This document shows, one piece after another, positions 38,040 to 50,159 of a stretch of DNA of 60,531 bases. Under the pieces are notes generated by a model, which saw nothing but the letters and a program-made list of their open reading frames with translations, did not search any database and was not told the origin of the DNA. The stretch is from assembly GCF_004010195.1 (NCBI RefSeq), contig NC_057719.1, positions 61,403,551 through 61,464,081 on the forward strand. Direction: 5' to 3'. The position numbers and the translations under genes are program-made. The stretch's first letter is position 1; the number at the start of each line of letters is the position of its first letter. This DNA is from Chiloscyllium plagiosum. Its lineage: Eukaryota.

Positions 38040-40200
38040 TTTTTATTTATTAATTCACAGGATGTGGGCTTTGCTGATTGGGCCAGCATTTGTTCTTTAT
38101 TCCTGATTGCCCTGGAGAATGTGGTGGGGAGCTGCCTGCTTGAACTACTGCTAGCCATGTGGTGTCGGTACACCCAATGCTGTTAGGGAAGATATTCCAG
38201 GTTTTTTGCCTCACTTCTGTGTTTCCATGACAGTACTGATTGAATTGAAAAGAATAAAGGAAAAAAAGATTAATCTGAGGCATAGTAGGATTGGAAGTGA
38301 GGATAGAGGTGTAGCCAGGATGAGATGCGTCATTTCCATACATGTCCATGGTTTTTTAACCCAACTACTGCATTTGGCTTCCAGATTTTCCAATTGATTG
38401 GCTGGCATGATCCCTAATAAATCCACTTCAACTATAACATTTAAAAGACAATGTAAACATGACAATCGATGCATTCCAGAGGAGAAAGAAGTAAAGAAAG
38501 AACTATCAAAATGCAGTGTGGACATTCCAACTTTGTTTTTCTTTCACTTAGGCTTCACTGGGTATGATGCTTTGGCCTAAAAGGGCCAACAATGAGAAAC
38601 AGTTCCCTGAAATTGGGAAGAGGAATATGCCAATGTAAACAAGAAAATGTGGCAGAAAATTGTTCAGGAGGGCTGTCTCCAACTAGTTTTTTGATATCAC
38701 ATGGAGTGAATCGAATTGGCCAAAGACTGGTAGCTGAAATGCTGGGAGCCACTGGAGGAGGGTGAGGTAGATTCCCTCAGGATTTCTGGCTGAAGATTGC
38801 TGCAAATGCTTCAGCCTTAACTTTTGAACTGATGTGTTGGGCTCTTCCAATGGGTACATTTATGGAGTCTCCTTATCTTGTGACTTTTTAAAATTGTCCA
38901 TCACCATTCATGACTCAATATAGCAGCACTGCGGAGCCTAGGTCAGATCTGTTTGGTTATTGGATTGCTTAGCTCAGCCTATCACTTGTTGCTTATGCTG
39001 TTTGGCATGCAAGTAGTCCTATTTTGTAGTTTCACCAGGTTGACAGCTTACCTTTAAGCGTGCCTGGTGCTGTTCCTGGCATGGCCTCCTGTATCCTCTG
39101 TTGAACCAGGGCTGATCCTCTGGCATGATGGTAATGGTTGAGTGGGGGATATGCCTGGCCATAATGTTACAGATTGTGCTGGAATACAATTCTGTTGCTG
39201 TTAATGGCAAACATTTCATGGATGCCCAGTCTTGATTTGCCAGATCCATCCAAAGTCTGTCACATTTAGTACAGTGATAGTGCCACATAACATGATGGAC
39301 AGTATTCTCAATGTGAAGCTGGAACTTTGTCTCCAAAAGGACTATGTGGTGGTCCCTCTTACCGATATTGTCATGGACAGATGCACATACAACTAGCAGA
39401 TTGGTAAAGTCAAGGTCAAGTATGTTTTACCCTGTTATTGGCTTCGTCACCACCTGCCATAGACCCAATCTAGCAGCTTTGCCCTTTAGGATTCAACAAG
39501 CTCAATTGGTAGTGCTGTCGCTGAGCCATTCTTGATGGGAGAGAGTGAAATACTATACCCTAAGTACATTTTGCGCCCTTGCCATCTTCAGTGCTTCCTC
39601 CAAGTGTTGTTCAACATGAAGGACTACTGACTCAGCAGGTCAGGGAGGACGGTACATGGTAATGAACAGGACATTTCCTTGCCCATGTTTAACCTGAAGC
39701 CATGAGAACTCATGGGGGCTGGCATCAAGGTTGAGGATTCCCAGGGCAATACCCTCGTGACTGTATACCACTGTGCTGCCACCTCTGCTGGGTCTGTCCT
39801 GCCAATGGTACAGGAAATATCCAAGGATGGTGTTGGTGATATCTGGGACATTGTTTGTAAGTTATGATTCTGTGAGTATGACTGTCTCAGGTTGTTGCTT
39901 GACTAATTTGTGAGACAGCTCTCCTGATTTTTGCACTAGCCCCCAGATGTTAGTAAGGAAGACTTTGCAGGATTGACCGAGCTGTTTCTGCCATTGTCTT
40001 TCCGGTGTTTAGGTTGATGTCAAATGGTCATTTGAGTTCATTTCTGAGTTGAGTCGGTCGTCATAGCAATTGATACAACTGATTAGATTGACGGCAGTTG
40101 TGAGTCAACCACTTTGCTGTGACGCTGGAGTCACAAGTAGGCCAGAGCAGGTTAGGATGGTAGATTTCCAGGAAAAACAAGGATTGTTGAAGAGATTATT
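38040..40200 (-). mobile_element. Family-B CR1/L2-group LINE pieces (3' end 38040-38210; endonuclease and 5' region 38680-40200), with a decayed CR1 tail between them
   Basis: Shares its 3' end with 228-420. 38690-38830 aligns to 1700-1840. Peptide ARHIPHSTITIMPEDQPWFN is present. Confidence 0.75.
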
Positions 40201-41524
40201 GCATTTTTTAAAAAACAAGCTGATAACACTCATTGCAAGTGCTGGGTACTCTGTTGTTTTGTGAATGGCCAAATCACCCTTCATACACGCCATCTGGTTC
40301 CAGATTGTCTGCAGTAGCCCCCACATCTTTAAAGTTGGTCTGTAGAGTGGTGACAAGTTATCAATGACAAAGGTCTTCTACCTGTCTTCTGCCTGGTTGC
40401 CTCCCAGGTAGCTGAATTTCTTATGGATGTTGTAATTCTGAAAAAAAAGTGCTATCTTTCTATCTGCAGTTTGTTTCCCCTCATCAGTTGCTATGAGCTG
40501 TGGCTTTTAACCAATAAGTCAGAGACCTTAGCATTTGTAAACCAATTCTCTATGCCACCTGCAAACAAGTGAAAATATATGCAAAAAGATCAAAAAGCCA
40601 CAAGTCCTGGCAAACCAGAAGGACCATCACAGTGAAGCCACTGAACAGGGGCTTTCCGGTTTTCCCTCCACCCATATGACTGATTTTTTTTGTCTGTTTA
40701 TGGGGAATTTTATAGCTGTTTATAGAGTTTTCATTAATAGCATTATATATCAATGGTTCATAATTATTTACCTGTAGTAATTATCTACTTATTTGTAACA
40801 AATGGTAATTCACGTTAAGTAAAGCAAGAAGCAAATTAAGTAAGGAACCTGATCTGTGCTTTCTGTTAATCTAGATGTGAAAAGAGAAGTAAATTGTGGA
40901 ATTTTGCATACTTTCTTAAAATCTTCAACTTTTGTGATGACTCCAGGAATAGCAGGACTTGAGTTCCAACATTAAACTCAGTGACGTGGGTTCATACCTA
41001 ATAATTGTTCAAGGTTTGAATAAGAGGTAATGATTGGCAGTCATTAAGAATAATCATATTGTTACAAGGGTACTTAAGCTATAAATGACCAGACTTAACA
41101 AATATAATAGGCAATTAATGTGCAAAAGAAGCAAATTTTTGGTCAGTATTTGTCGTAATGCACAATTCGTGTTGTATTTTTCTTTGCTACAAAATGATGG
41201 CTGATTTCCAACTAAATAAAGACGTGCATTCAGCCAGTGTTGCTTTTAGCATTAAATTCAGTTTTTGCAGCATTCCTCCCAGTACAATCTTCAGGACTCC
41301 CAACCCTTCATTCTACTACCAGAGGAAAGCCTCAAAAAATGTTGCAGCAATGGAAATAGCAAGGTGCATACAATATTGCAAGTACAGAGATATACTACAG
41401 AGGGTGCTATCAAGCACCCAGCAGGGTCCCAAAAAGAAAATATCAACACTATCATGTCATTGATTATTCAGAACATCTTCTATTTTAACACTGGCAAAAC
41501 CAAAATCATTCTTTTTTTATAAAG

Positions 41525-41830
41525 CAAGAAATAATTTGCATTTATATAGCATCTTATTATGTCTTTCAGGATATCCTAAAACACTTCACAACAAATTACT
41601 TTGAAATGCTACATATTTGAATGCAGCAACCATTTGCACGCACCAAGGTCGGAAAGAACAATGAAGTGAACTGATCTATAATCTACATTTTGGTTATGTG
41701 ACTGGGGGAAAGATTATTGTCCAAAATAAATGGTGCAATGGGATCTTGAATCTCTGTTTGAATAGGCATACCATATTCATTAAAACCTGTCTAAGCTGCA
41801 TTCATAAGCATAAATATTGCAGCTCCAAAT
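41525..41830 (-). mobile_element. Ancient Deu-domain SINE remnant
   Basis: ttgcatttatatagc tail, gcagcaaccatttgcacgca and tggtgcaatgggatctt match the reverse complement of the Deu SINE body as recalled. Confidence 0.55.
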
Positions 41831-42248
41831 CTATCTAAATTTAAATAGCAATAAATATAGGTGGAATCTTGTATACGGGGCAGTCTCAACCATTGGCTGG
41901 GAAGCCTGGAAGAAGCCAACATCACCTCTTTTGATAAGATTCACTGTAGTTTGTGCCATACAGTGGATTAGCAGTGAGCCGACCTGTGATCTGTTTTCAT
42001 AAAGCTAATAAGAATAGAGCAAATTATCCAGAAACATGCAATGATTCATCATTCATGAGGTAACTTGTCCTTGTACAAATGGATAGCTTATTTGCAAATT
42101 AATAAAAAACTGTGTCAGTAACAAGTTTTATTTTACCAAAGTGTGATCTTGACCAAGGGACCCATGGCAAAATTCCAGCTGCTGGGAACTGCCACCCCAC
42201 CAGAGAATACTGGTACGACATTTGCACAAGGCCTCACTTCAAAATGGG

Positions 42249-42381
42249 CAAAAATGAGGACTGCAGAAGCTAGAGATTAGAGTCAGGAATGACTGATGAC
42301 GGGCTTTTGCCTGAAACATTGATTTTCCTGCTCCTCGAATGCTGCCTGACCTGCTGTGCTTTTTCAGCACCACACTCTTGA
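42249..42381 (+). mobile_element. 133-bp PLE-derived mini-insertion with hammerhead motif (core 42293-42320) and 16-bp TSD
   Basis: CTGATGA-C-GGGC-TTTT-GCCT-GAAA-CA-TT. ctcacttcaaaatggg occurs at both 42233-42248 and 42382-42397. Confidence 0.8.
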
Positions 42382-43064
42382 CTCACTTCAAAATGGGGCC
42401 TATGCGCAGATATGTGATAATGGAAAGTGGTTTGCAGCGAGGGAAGGTGGCTTTAAGCAGTTACCTCTTTCTCAATGTTGGATTCCTCATGCAGGCATTA
42501 AGAGACTTTGAAAAAGCAAACACTCCTCATCCCCCATGTCCTTGGGAGTCCATATATAAACATTATTTGTTATTCTCTGCACTTGACAAGCTTCATTTGA
42601 TACCAGGCTATCCATGGGCTTTCCCACTGCATACTTAAATAGGATAGAAGCAAATGGTGGAAGGGCCTCTAAATTGCTCCATACCTGCCCTCATATATGT
42701 GCCTGCCATAAAACTCAACAGGGTGGCAGGTATAAGATTCCACTCTATTTTTCTACATGAAATTAACAAAATTTCCAGAATCCATGGGAGTAAATGTAAC
42801 TCCTCTGGTCAAAATGGAAACGGGAACCACAAGACAGTTATCCTGTCATAGTATTAGAAATGTGGCAGCAGTGCAGTTGCGATATCACAACATGTTTCAG
42901 CAGGATCCACATAGATTTATGAAAGGGGAACTTTGTTTAACAATCTTGTTCAAGTTCTTCAGAGTGTAACTAGCATAATGCTTAAGGGGCAACCAATTGT
43001 TTGAAGTTTTAGAAGGCATTTAATAAAGTTGTCTACAATAGGTTAGTGTGCAAGACAAGGGTTT

Positions 43065-44800
43065 AGAGTCATAGAGTCATAAAAATGTACAGCACGGAAA
43101 CAGACCTCTTGATCCAACTCGTCCATGCTGACCAGTTATCCCAAACTAATCTAAGCCCATTTGCCAGCACTTGGTCCATATCCTTCTAAACCCTTCCTAT
43201 TCATATACCCATCCAGACGCCTTTTAAATGTTGCAATTGTACCAGCCTCCACCACTTCCATGTCTGCGTGAAAATGTTGCTCCTTAGGTCTCTTTTATAT
43301 CTTTCCCCTCTCACCCTAAACCTATACCCTCTAGTTCTGGACTTCCCCCACCCCAGGGAAAAGATTTTATCTATTTATCCTATCCATACTCCTTACGATT
43401 TTATAAACCTTAATAAGGTCATCTCTCAACCTTCGACACTCGACCGAAAACAGCCCTAGCCTATTCAAACTCTCCCTCTCGCTAAAAATTCTCCATCCCT
43501 GGCAACATCCTTGTAAATCTTTTATGAAACCTTTCAAATTTCACAACATCCTTCCGATAGGAAGGAGACCAGAATTGCACGCAATATTCCAAAAATGCCC
43601 TAACCAATGTTCTCTACAGCCGCAATATGACCCCACAACTCCTATACCAATAAAGGAAAGCATACCAAAAGTATTTTTCACTATCCTATCTACCGGCAAC
43701 TCTACTTTCAAGGAGCTATGAACCTGCACTCCAAGGTCTCTTTGTTCAGCAACACTACCTAGGACATTAACATTAAGTGTATAAGTCCTGCTAAGATTTG
43801 CTTTCCCAAAATGCAGCACTTTGCAATTATCTAAATTAAACATCATCTGCCACTCCTCAGCCTATTGACCCATCTGATCAAGATCCCGTTGTAATCTGAG
43901 GTAACCTTTTTCGCTATCCACACATTTCCAATTTTGGTGTCATCTGCAAACTTATTAACCTTACCTCCTATGTTCATATCCAAACCATTTATATAAATGA
44001 TGAAAAGTAGTGCACCCAGCATCGATCTTTGCGGCACTCCACTGGTCACAGGCCTCCAGTCTGAAAAGCAACCCTCCACCACCACCCTCTGTCTTTTATC
44101 TTCGAGCCGGTTGTGTATCCAAATGGCTAGTTCTCCCTGTATTCCATGAGATCTAACCTTGCTAATCAGTCTCCCATGGGGAACCTTGTCGAATGCCTTA
44201 CTGAAGTCCATGTAGATCACATCTACCACTCTACCCTCATCAATACTCTTTGTTACTTCTTCAAAAAACTCAATCAAGTTTGTGAGACATGATTTCCCAT
44301 GCACAAAGCCATGTTGACTATCCCTAATCAGTCCTTGCCTTTCCAAATACGTATGAATCCTATCCCTCAGGATTCCCTCCAACAACTTGCCTACCACCAA
44401 TGTCAAGCTCACCGGTCTGTAGTTCCCTGGCTTGTCCTTACCACCTTTCTTAAATAATGGTACGACGTTAACCAACCTCAAGTCTTCTGGCACCTCATCT
44501 GTGACTATCGATGATACAAATATCTCAGCAAGAGGCCCAGCAATCATTTCCCTCGCTTCCCACAGAGTTCTATGATACATGTTCTGGGGATGTATCCACC
44601 TTTATGCTTTTCAAGACATCCAGCACATCCTTCTCTGTCATATGGAAATTTCTCAACATGTCACCATCTATTTCTCCATATTCTATATCTTCTATATCCT
44701 TCTCCACAGTAAACACTTATGCAAAATACTCGTTTTGTATCTCCCCCATCTCCTGCGGCTCCACACAATGGCTGCCTTGCTGATCTTTGATGGGCCCTAT
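43065..44800 (-). mobile_element. 5'-truncated CR1 (HER1-like) LINE with 245-aa RT ORF (43843-44580)
   Basis: PGNYRPVSLT, SQHGF, YMDFSKAFDKVPH, GVPQ, KFADDTK; tail agagtcatagagtcat at about 43065. Confidence 0.92.
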
Positions 44801-44852
44801 AGGTTTATAGAATTGTGGATAATATACCGAAATAAAACAGACACAGTAAGAA

Positions 44853-45142
44853 TAGATTAGATTACTTACAGTGTGGAAACAGGCCCTTCGGCCCAACAAG
44901 TCAACACCAACGCGCAACCCACCCAGACCCATTCCCCTGCACCTAACACTACGAGCAATCATGGCCAATTCACCTAACCTACACATCTTTGGACTGTGGG
45001 AGGAAACTGGAGTACCTGGAGGAAACCCACACAGACATAGGAAGAATGTGCAAACTCCACACCAACAGTTGCCCAAGGTGGGAATTGAACCCAGGTCTCT
45101 GGCACTGTGAAGCAGCAGTGCTGACCACTGTGCCACCATGCC
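44853..45142 (-). mobile_element. HE1-type SINE
   Basis: (AGATT)n tail and reverse-complement body; moderately diverged. Confidence 0.88.
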
Positions 45143-45649
45143 AAACAACTAAATTTCAGAACCGTAAGTTACAACAGGTGGAGTATCACAAAAATCACTG
45201 CTTGGGCCTCATGTAGTTACAATGTACAACAATGCTGAAGTGGGGAACCAAATGTTGAAGTTATCTGATGATATAAACTGGGTTGTGACAGTAAGTTCTG
45301 AATGGGACATAAAACGGCTGCAAAAGGATACAGATTGGCAAGCTGTTGACAAATGGAGCATACTGCTGGGAAATGTGAAAGTTAGAAGACTGTAAAAGCA
45401 GAATAATTTTCTAAAGCACGTTACCCACACATTTTTTTAATTCAAAGAGACCTTACACACAAATTAACAGAAGTTAACCTGTAGTTGCAACAAATAATTA
45501 GGAAAGCAAATGGTATATTCAACATGATTGGAATAAAAGAATGATAAAGTCCTGTACAACTATATAAAATTTTGCTGATCTCGTATCTTGAATATTTTGT
45601 AATATTTTGATCTCCTCATCTAAGAGAGATGCCTTAGAGGGAAGGAAGG

Positions 45650-48432
45650 ACAACGGAATCAAATTGCAAGATATGATGTGATGGGCATCATGGAGATGTG
45701 GCTGCAAGGGGATCAGGATTGGGAGCTGAATATTTAAGGATATACATCCTATCGAAAATATAGGCAGGTGGGCAGAGGGGGTGAGGTTGCCTTATGAGTA
45801 AGAACCAAAATTAAATCAATAGTAACAAACAAAGTTGGGTCAGATAGTGTAGAATCTGTATTGGTAGAATTGAGGAATCACTAAGGTTAAAAAAAACACT
45901 GTTGGAGTTACATGCAGGCCTCCAAACAGTGGGGTGCAAGATACACCAGGAGTTAGAAAAGATGTGAAGGAAAGGCAAAGTTACTGTGATCATGGGCTAT
46001 TTCAATGTGCAGGTCAACTGGGAAAATCAGGTTGGTAGCGAGTTGCAAGGAAAGGAATTTGTGGAATGTCTACAAGATGACTTTTTGGAGCAACTTGTGG
46101 TGGAGCCCACTAGGGAACAGGCAATATGGGATTTAGTGTTGTGCAATGAGGCAGACTTGATAAGGGAACTTAAGGTTAAGGAACCCTGAGGACGCAGTGA
46201 TCATAATATGATTGAATTTACTCTGCAATTTGAGAAGGAGAAGATAGAATCAGAGGTAATAGTTTTACAGCTGAATAAAGGCAACTACAGAGGCATGAGG
46301 GAGGAGCTGGGTAGAATTGACTGCAAGAGGAGTGTAGCAGGAAAGACAGTAAACAGCAGTGGCAGGGGTTTCTGGGAGTAATTCAGGTGACACAGCAGAG
46401 ATTCATCCTGAGGAAAAAGAAGCATGGTGCAGGGAGGATGAGGCAACCATGGCTGACTAGGGAAGTCAGGGATGGCATAAAAGCAAAAGAGAAAGCACAT
46501 AATGTGGGGAAGGGCAGTGAAAAATCAGAGTATTGTGTAATTTACAAAGACCAACAGAGGGCAACAAAAAAAGAAATAAGGAGAGAGAATTTAAATATGA
46601 GGGTAAGCTTGCCAGTAATACAGAGGAAGACTGAAAGAGTTTCTTTAGATAGAAACAGGCAAAAGAGAGGCAAAAATGGACATGGAACCACTGAAAAATG
46701 ATGCTGAAGAGAAGGTAGTGGGGAACAAGGAAATGGCTAAAGAACTGAATATTTACTTAGTGTCAGTGTTCCCAAAAATTCAAGAGAGTGAGGGGGTAGA
46801 GCTGGGTATAGTTGCCATCATCAAGTAGAAGGTGCTAGAAAACCTGAATGGCCTGAAGTTGGATAAATAATCTGGACTGGATAGACTACACCCCAGAGTT
46901 CTAAGAGAAACAGCAGAAGAGATAGAGAAAGCATTAGTGATGATCTTTCAGGAAGTGCTAGAGTCAAGGAGGACGGGCAAATTGCTAATGTGGCGCCCCT
47001 GTTTAAAGAGGGAGTAGGCAAAAGAGAGACTATTACAGACCAATTAGCCTCACCTCAGTGTGGGTAAGATCCTGGAATCCATTGTGAAGGATGAGAATTC
47101 TGAATGAAGTGTATGGTAAACTAGGGCAAGGTCAGCATGGTTTCATCAAGGGGAGGTCATGCCTGACAAATCTGTTAGAACCCTTTGAGGAAGTAATGAG
47201 CAGGTTAAACCAAGGAGAGAGTGTGATGCTGGAAAAACACAGTAGGTCAGGCAGCATCCAAGCAGCAGGAGAATCGATGTTTTGGGCATAAACCTTCATC
47301 AGGAAGGTGCCACACAGGAGGCTACTGAGTAAGATATGGGTCCATGGTGCTGGAGGCAAGGTGCTAACATGGATAGAAGATTGATTGTCTGGTCAAAGCA
47401 GAGAAAGGAGATAAAAGGGTCCTTCCCAGGTTGACAGCTAATGACAAGTGGTGTTCTGCAAGGCTCAGTGTTTTGAGACCACACTTTACACTTTGTACAT
47501 TAACGATTTAGATGAAGGAACTGAAGGCATTCCAGCTAAGAGTGCACATGATGCAAAGATAGGTAGAGGGACAGGTAGCATTGAGGAGACAAAGAGACTG
47601 CAGGAGGATTTGGACAGGTTAGGAGAGTGGGCAAAGAAGTGGCAGATGGAGTATAATGTGAGAAAGTATGAAGTCATGCACTTTGGTAGGAAGAATAGAG
47701 GCGTGGACTATTTTCTAAACGGAGAGAAAATTCAGAAGTCTGGTGCAAAGAAACTTCGGAGTTCTAGTCCAAGATTCTCTCAAGGTAAACTTGCAGGTTG
47801 AGGAAGGCCAATGCAATGATGGCATATATTTTAAGAGAACTTGAATATAAAAGCAGGGATGTATTTCTGAAGCTCTATAAGGCTCTGGTCAGACCACATT
47901 TGGAGTATTGTGCGCCGTTTTGTGCCCCATATCTCAGGAAGCATGTATTGGCCCTGGAGCGGGTTCAGAGGAGTTTCACGGGAATAGTCCCAAGAATGAA
48001 AAGCTAGTCATATGAGGAATGTTTGAAGATTCTGGGTCTATACTCAATGGGGTTTAGGAGGATGAGGGGTATCTAATTGAAACATACAGAATACTGAATG
48101 GCCTGAACAGAGTACATGTTGGGAAGATGTTTCCACTGAGAGACTAGGACCCAAGGGTACAGCCTTGGAGTAAAAGGAAGACTTTTTCAAATGAAGATAA
48201 GGAGAAACCTCTTCAGCCAGAAAGTCGTGAACCTATGGAATTCATTGCCACAGAAGACTGTGGAGACCAAGTCATTGAGTATACTTTAAGACTTAGGTAG
48301 ATAGGTTCTTGAGTATTAAGGGGATCAAGGGTTACGGGGTGAAAGCAAGAGAATGGAGTTGAGAAATTTATCAGCCACGATTTAATGGAGGAGAAAACCC
48401 GATGAGCTGAACGGCCTAAGTCTTATGGTCTT
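45650..48432 (+). mobile_element. CR1 LINE ORF2 (endonuclease through RT to 3' tail), decayed
   Basis: IMGYFN, FLEQLVVEPTREQAIWDLVL, QHGFIKGRSCLTNLLE, LVRPHLEYC; tail tcttatggtctt. Confidence 0.88.
47217..47305 (-). mobile_element. PLE-derived short unit with decayed hammerhead, inside CR1
   Basis: Minus CTGATGA-AGGTTTATGCCC-AAAA-CA-TC plus the gatgctgcctgacct motif. Confidence 0.65.
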
Positions 48433-48451
48433 CACAAAGGTTAATTTGATC

Positions 48452-48632
48452 ATTCCATGGAGACAGAGCAAGCTAACATTTCGAGTCTAGATGACTCTTC
48501 ATCAGAGCTCTGACAAAAAGTCATCTATCTCAAAACGTTAGCTTGCTGTCTCTCCATGGATGTTGTCTGACTCATTGTGATCTCCAGCATTTGTTTTCAT
48601 TACAGGTTCCAGCATCTGCAGAAATTTGCTCC
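48452..48632. mobile_element. PLE-derived unit with inverted duplication (palindrome 48454-48560)
   Basis: Arms of about 54 bp centred on tcagag|ctctga; the right arm continues into a PLE-type end. Confidence 0.75.
48471..48509 (-). ncRNA. Minimal type I hammerhead ribozyme motif
   Basis: AGCT-CTGATGA-A-GAGTC-ATCTA-GACTC-GAAA-TG-TT-AGCT: perfect 5-bp stem II and 4-bp stem I. Confidence 0.7.
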
Positions 48633-48784
48633 TTCATTAGACCAATTCTAGGGATGAAAGCACTGTCCTTTGAGGAGAGATTCAGTGGAATAGGTCTTTA
48701 TCCTCTGCAATTTAGAAAACAAAGATGATCTTGAAATATACAAAATTCTTAGAGAGCTTGACAGGATAGATTCCGGACAAGGAA

Positions 48785-48906
48785 GAGAAGTGAGGAGAAA
48801 GTGAGGATTGAAGAAGTGTGGCACTAGAAAAGCATAGCAAGTCAGGCAGCATCCAAGGAGCAGGAAAGTCGACGTTTTGGGCAGAAGCCCTTCATCAGGA
48901 ATGAGG
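48785..48906 (-). mobile_element. PLE-derived short unit, hammerhead with GAAA>AAAA
   Basis: Minus CTGATGA-A-GGGC-TTCT-GCCC-AAAA-CG-TC. Confidence 0.7.
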
Positions 48907-49371
48907 CTGCTTTCCATGGTCGAAAAGTTTGAAGCTGGGGCTCACAATCTCAGGATAAGACGTTGACCAACCAGGACGATGACATAAAGGGAGACTTCTT
49001 CACTTACAAGGTTGTGAATCTTGAGGAATTCTCAACCCTATAATGTACTTAGTTGACTATATTCATGAATGAAATTGACTGATATTTGGGCACTAAGTCA
49101 ATCGAAGGGTGAGGTAAGATGGGTAAGTAGAGTTGATGCAGGAGTTCAGCAAATGATCTTGTTGAATATTGATGAAGACTCACTGCAATATACTTACATC
49201 AAATCTGTTCAGATCAGATTCCTGCATGCTGAATAATGTTTGAGAATGATTTATCAAGCCATTCCCTTTTCTGGAGTATGCATCAATTATTGACTGAGAA
49301 AAGCTGCTTCTCTTCTGTCAATACTACTTTTGAATTAGCCATCTTGAGGAAGTACCTTGGGATAACTCACC

Positions 49372-49500
49372 TTCTGTTGTGAAGAAGGGTCACTGCTCCC
49401 AAAATATTAACCCTGCTTTTTCTCCACAGGTGCTGCCCAGTTTTCCCAACTATTTCTGTTTTAATTTCTGGTTTCCAGAATCCACAGTTCTTTGTCTTTT
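49372..49500 (+). mobile_element. Old PLE-derived short unit (hammerhead decayed)
   Basis: gtgaagaagggtcactgctcccaaaatattaa...cacaggtgctgcc...tatttctgttt is homologous to the reverse complement of 18445-18568. Confidence 0.55.
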
Positions 49501-49934
49501 GTTTTGTTTAGTAACTACGCATCTCAATGTTGTCATTAACATTTGGAATATTTTTCCTGCCATATATGTATCTGACACTGAGTCTTAATATATTGAGAAC
49601 GACAGAATACCTGAATAATATAGGACTTTGTTGTATTATGAATCATTCAGGAAAACACTGTTACAAGGCAGGCAAAAGAGATATTGCTGTAGTTCTTCAA
49701 TTTTTGCTTCCTACCTTCATCACAAAAATCCCATAACAAATGTCTAATATTACAATTATTTTTATGCAAATTGGCAATATGCCATGCAATATTCTAAAAT
49801 ACTTGTTCCTTCCTTTTCTAAAAACTACTTTTATTTTTGTTCACTATTCATGGCTTTTGTTTGCCATAAAACATTAATGAATTGCCATGTGTGGACCATA
49901 AAATACATTAAAAGGACATTATTTGATCAGCTAC

Positions 49935-50159
49935 CTTAAAATGCTGCAGTTTTTTCTGGACCTCTGTTGTCCCTTCTTTTTCTTGCAGCAGGCAGGAATT
50001 AAAGATGAAAAGCTCTGTATCTCTCATCCAACATTTAAGCTCTTTGATCCTGACCTCCAGCTGCCTCACCAGGCTACTGCTTTCAGGTGACAGAAGATCA
50101 CATGTTCCTGCCCCACTCGGCCCCATTACTGTGTGCTGGGTTTTCTCTCCGAGCGTTCT
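49935..50159 (-). CDS. AKAP6: AKAP6 (mAKAP) internal coding exon, 225 nt, phase 0-0, spectrin-repeat region
   Basis: Translates RTLGEKTQHTVMGPSGAGTCDLLSPESSSLVRQLEVRIKELKCWMRDTELFIFNSCLLQEKEGTTEVQKKLQHFK. This matches recalled human AKAP6 KTLGEKIQDTMAGHSGSSPRDLLSPESGSLVRQLEVRIKELKGWLRDTELFIFNSCLRQEKEGTMNTEKQLQYFK. Acceptor is ttttctttactgtatcag with a branch-like gctaat upstream; donor is AAG|gtagct. Confidence 0.95.

Larger units (their letters stand above)
42895..49180 (+). mobile_element. Old host CR1 split into pieces (about 42895-43062, 45150-45640, 48636-49180) by nested insertions
   Basis: The pieces are collinear RT to C-terminus remnants: FMKGELCLTIL; later GMKALSFEERFSGIGLYPLQFRK. 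Confidence 0.55.
13255..49934 (-). other. AKAP6: AKAP6 intron, 36,680 nt, GT-AG
   Basis: Bounded by the donor and acceptor of the two exons, whose peptides are contiguous in human AKAP6 (...QYFK|SLC...). Confidence 0.9.

Noticed and set aside
43843..44580. Longest ORF (245 aa) as a functional host gene or active RT
   Set aside because: It is a fragment of a 5'-truncated, frameshifted CR1 ORF2 with no endonuclease.
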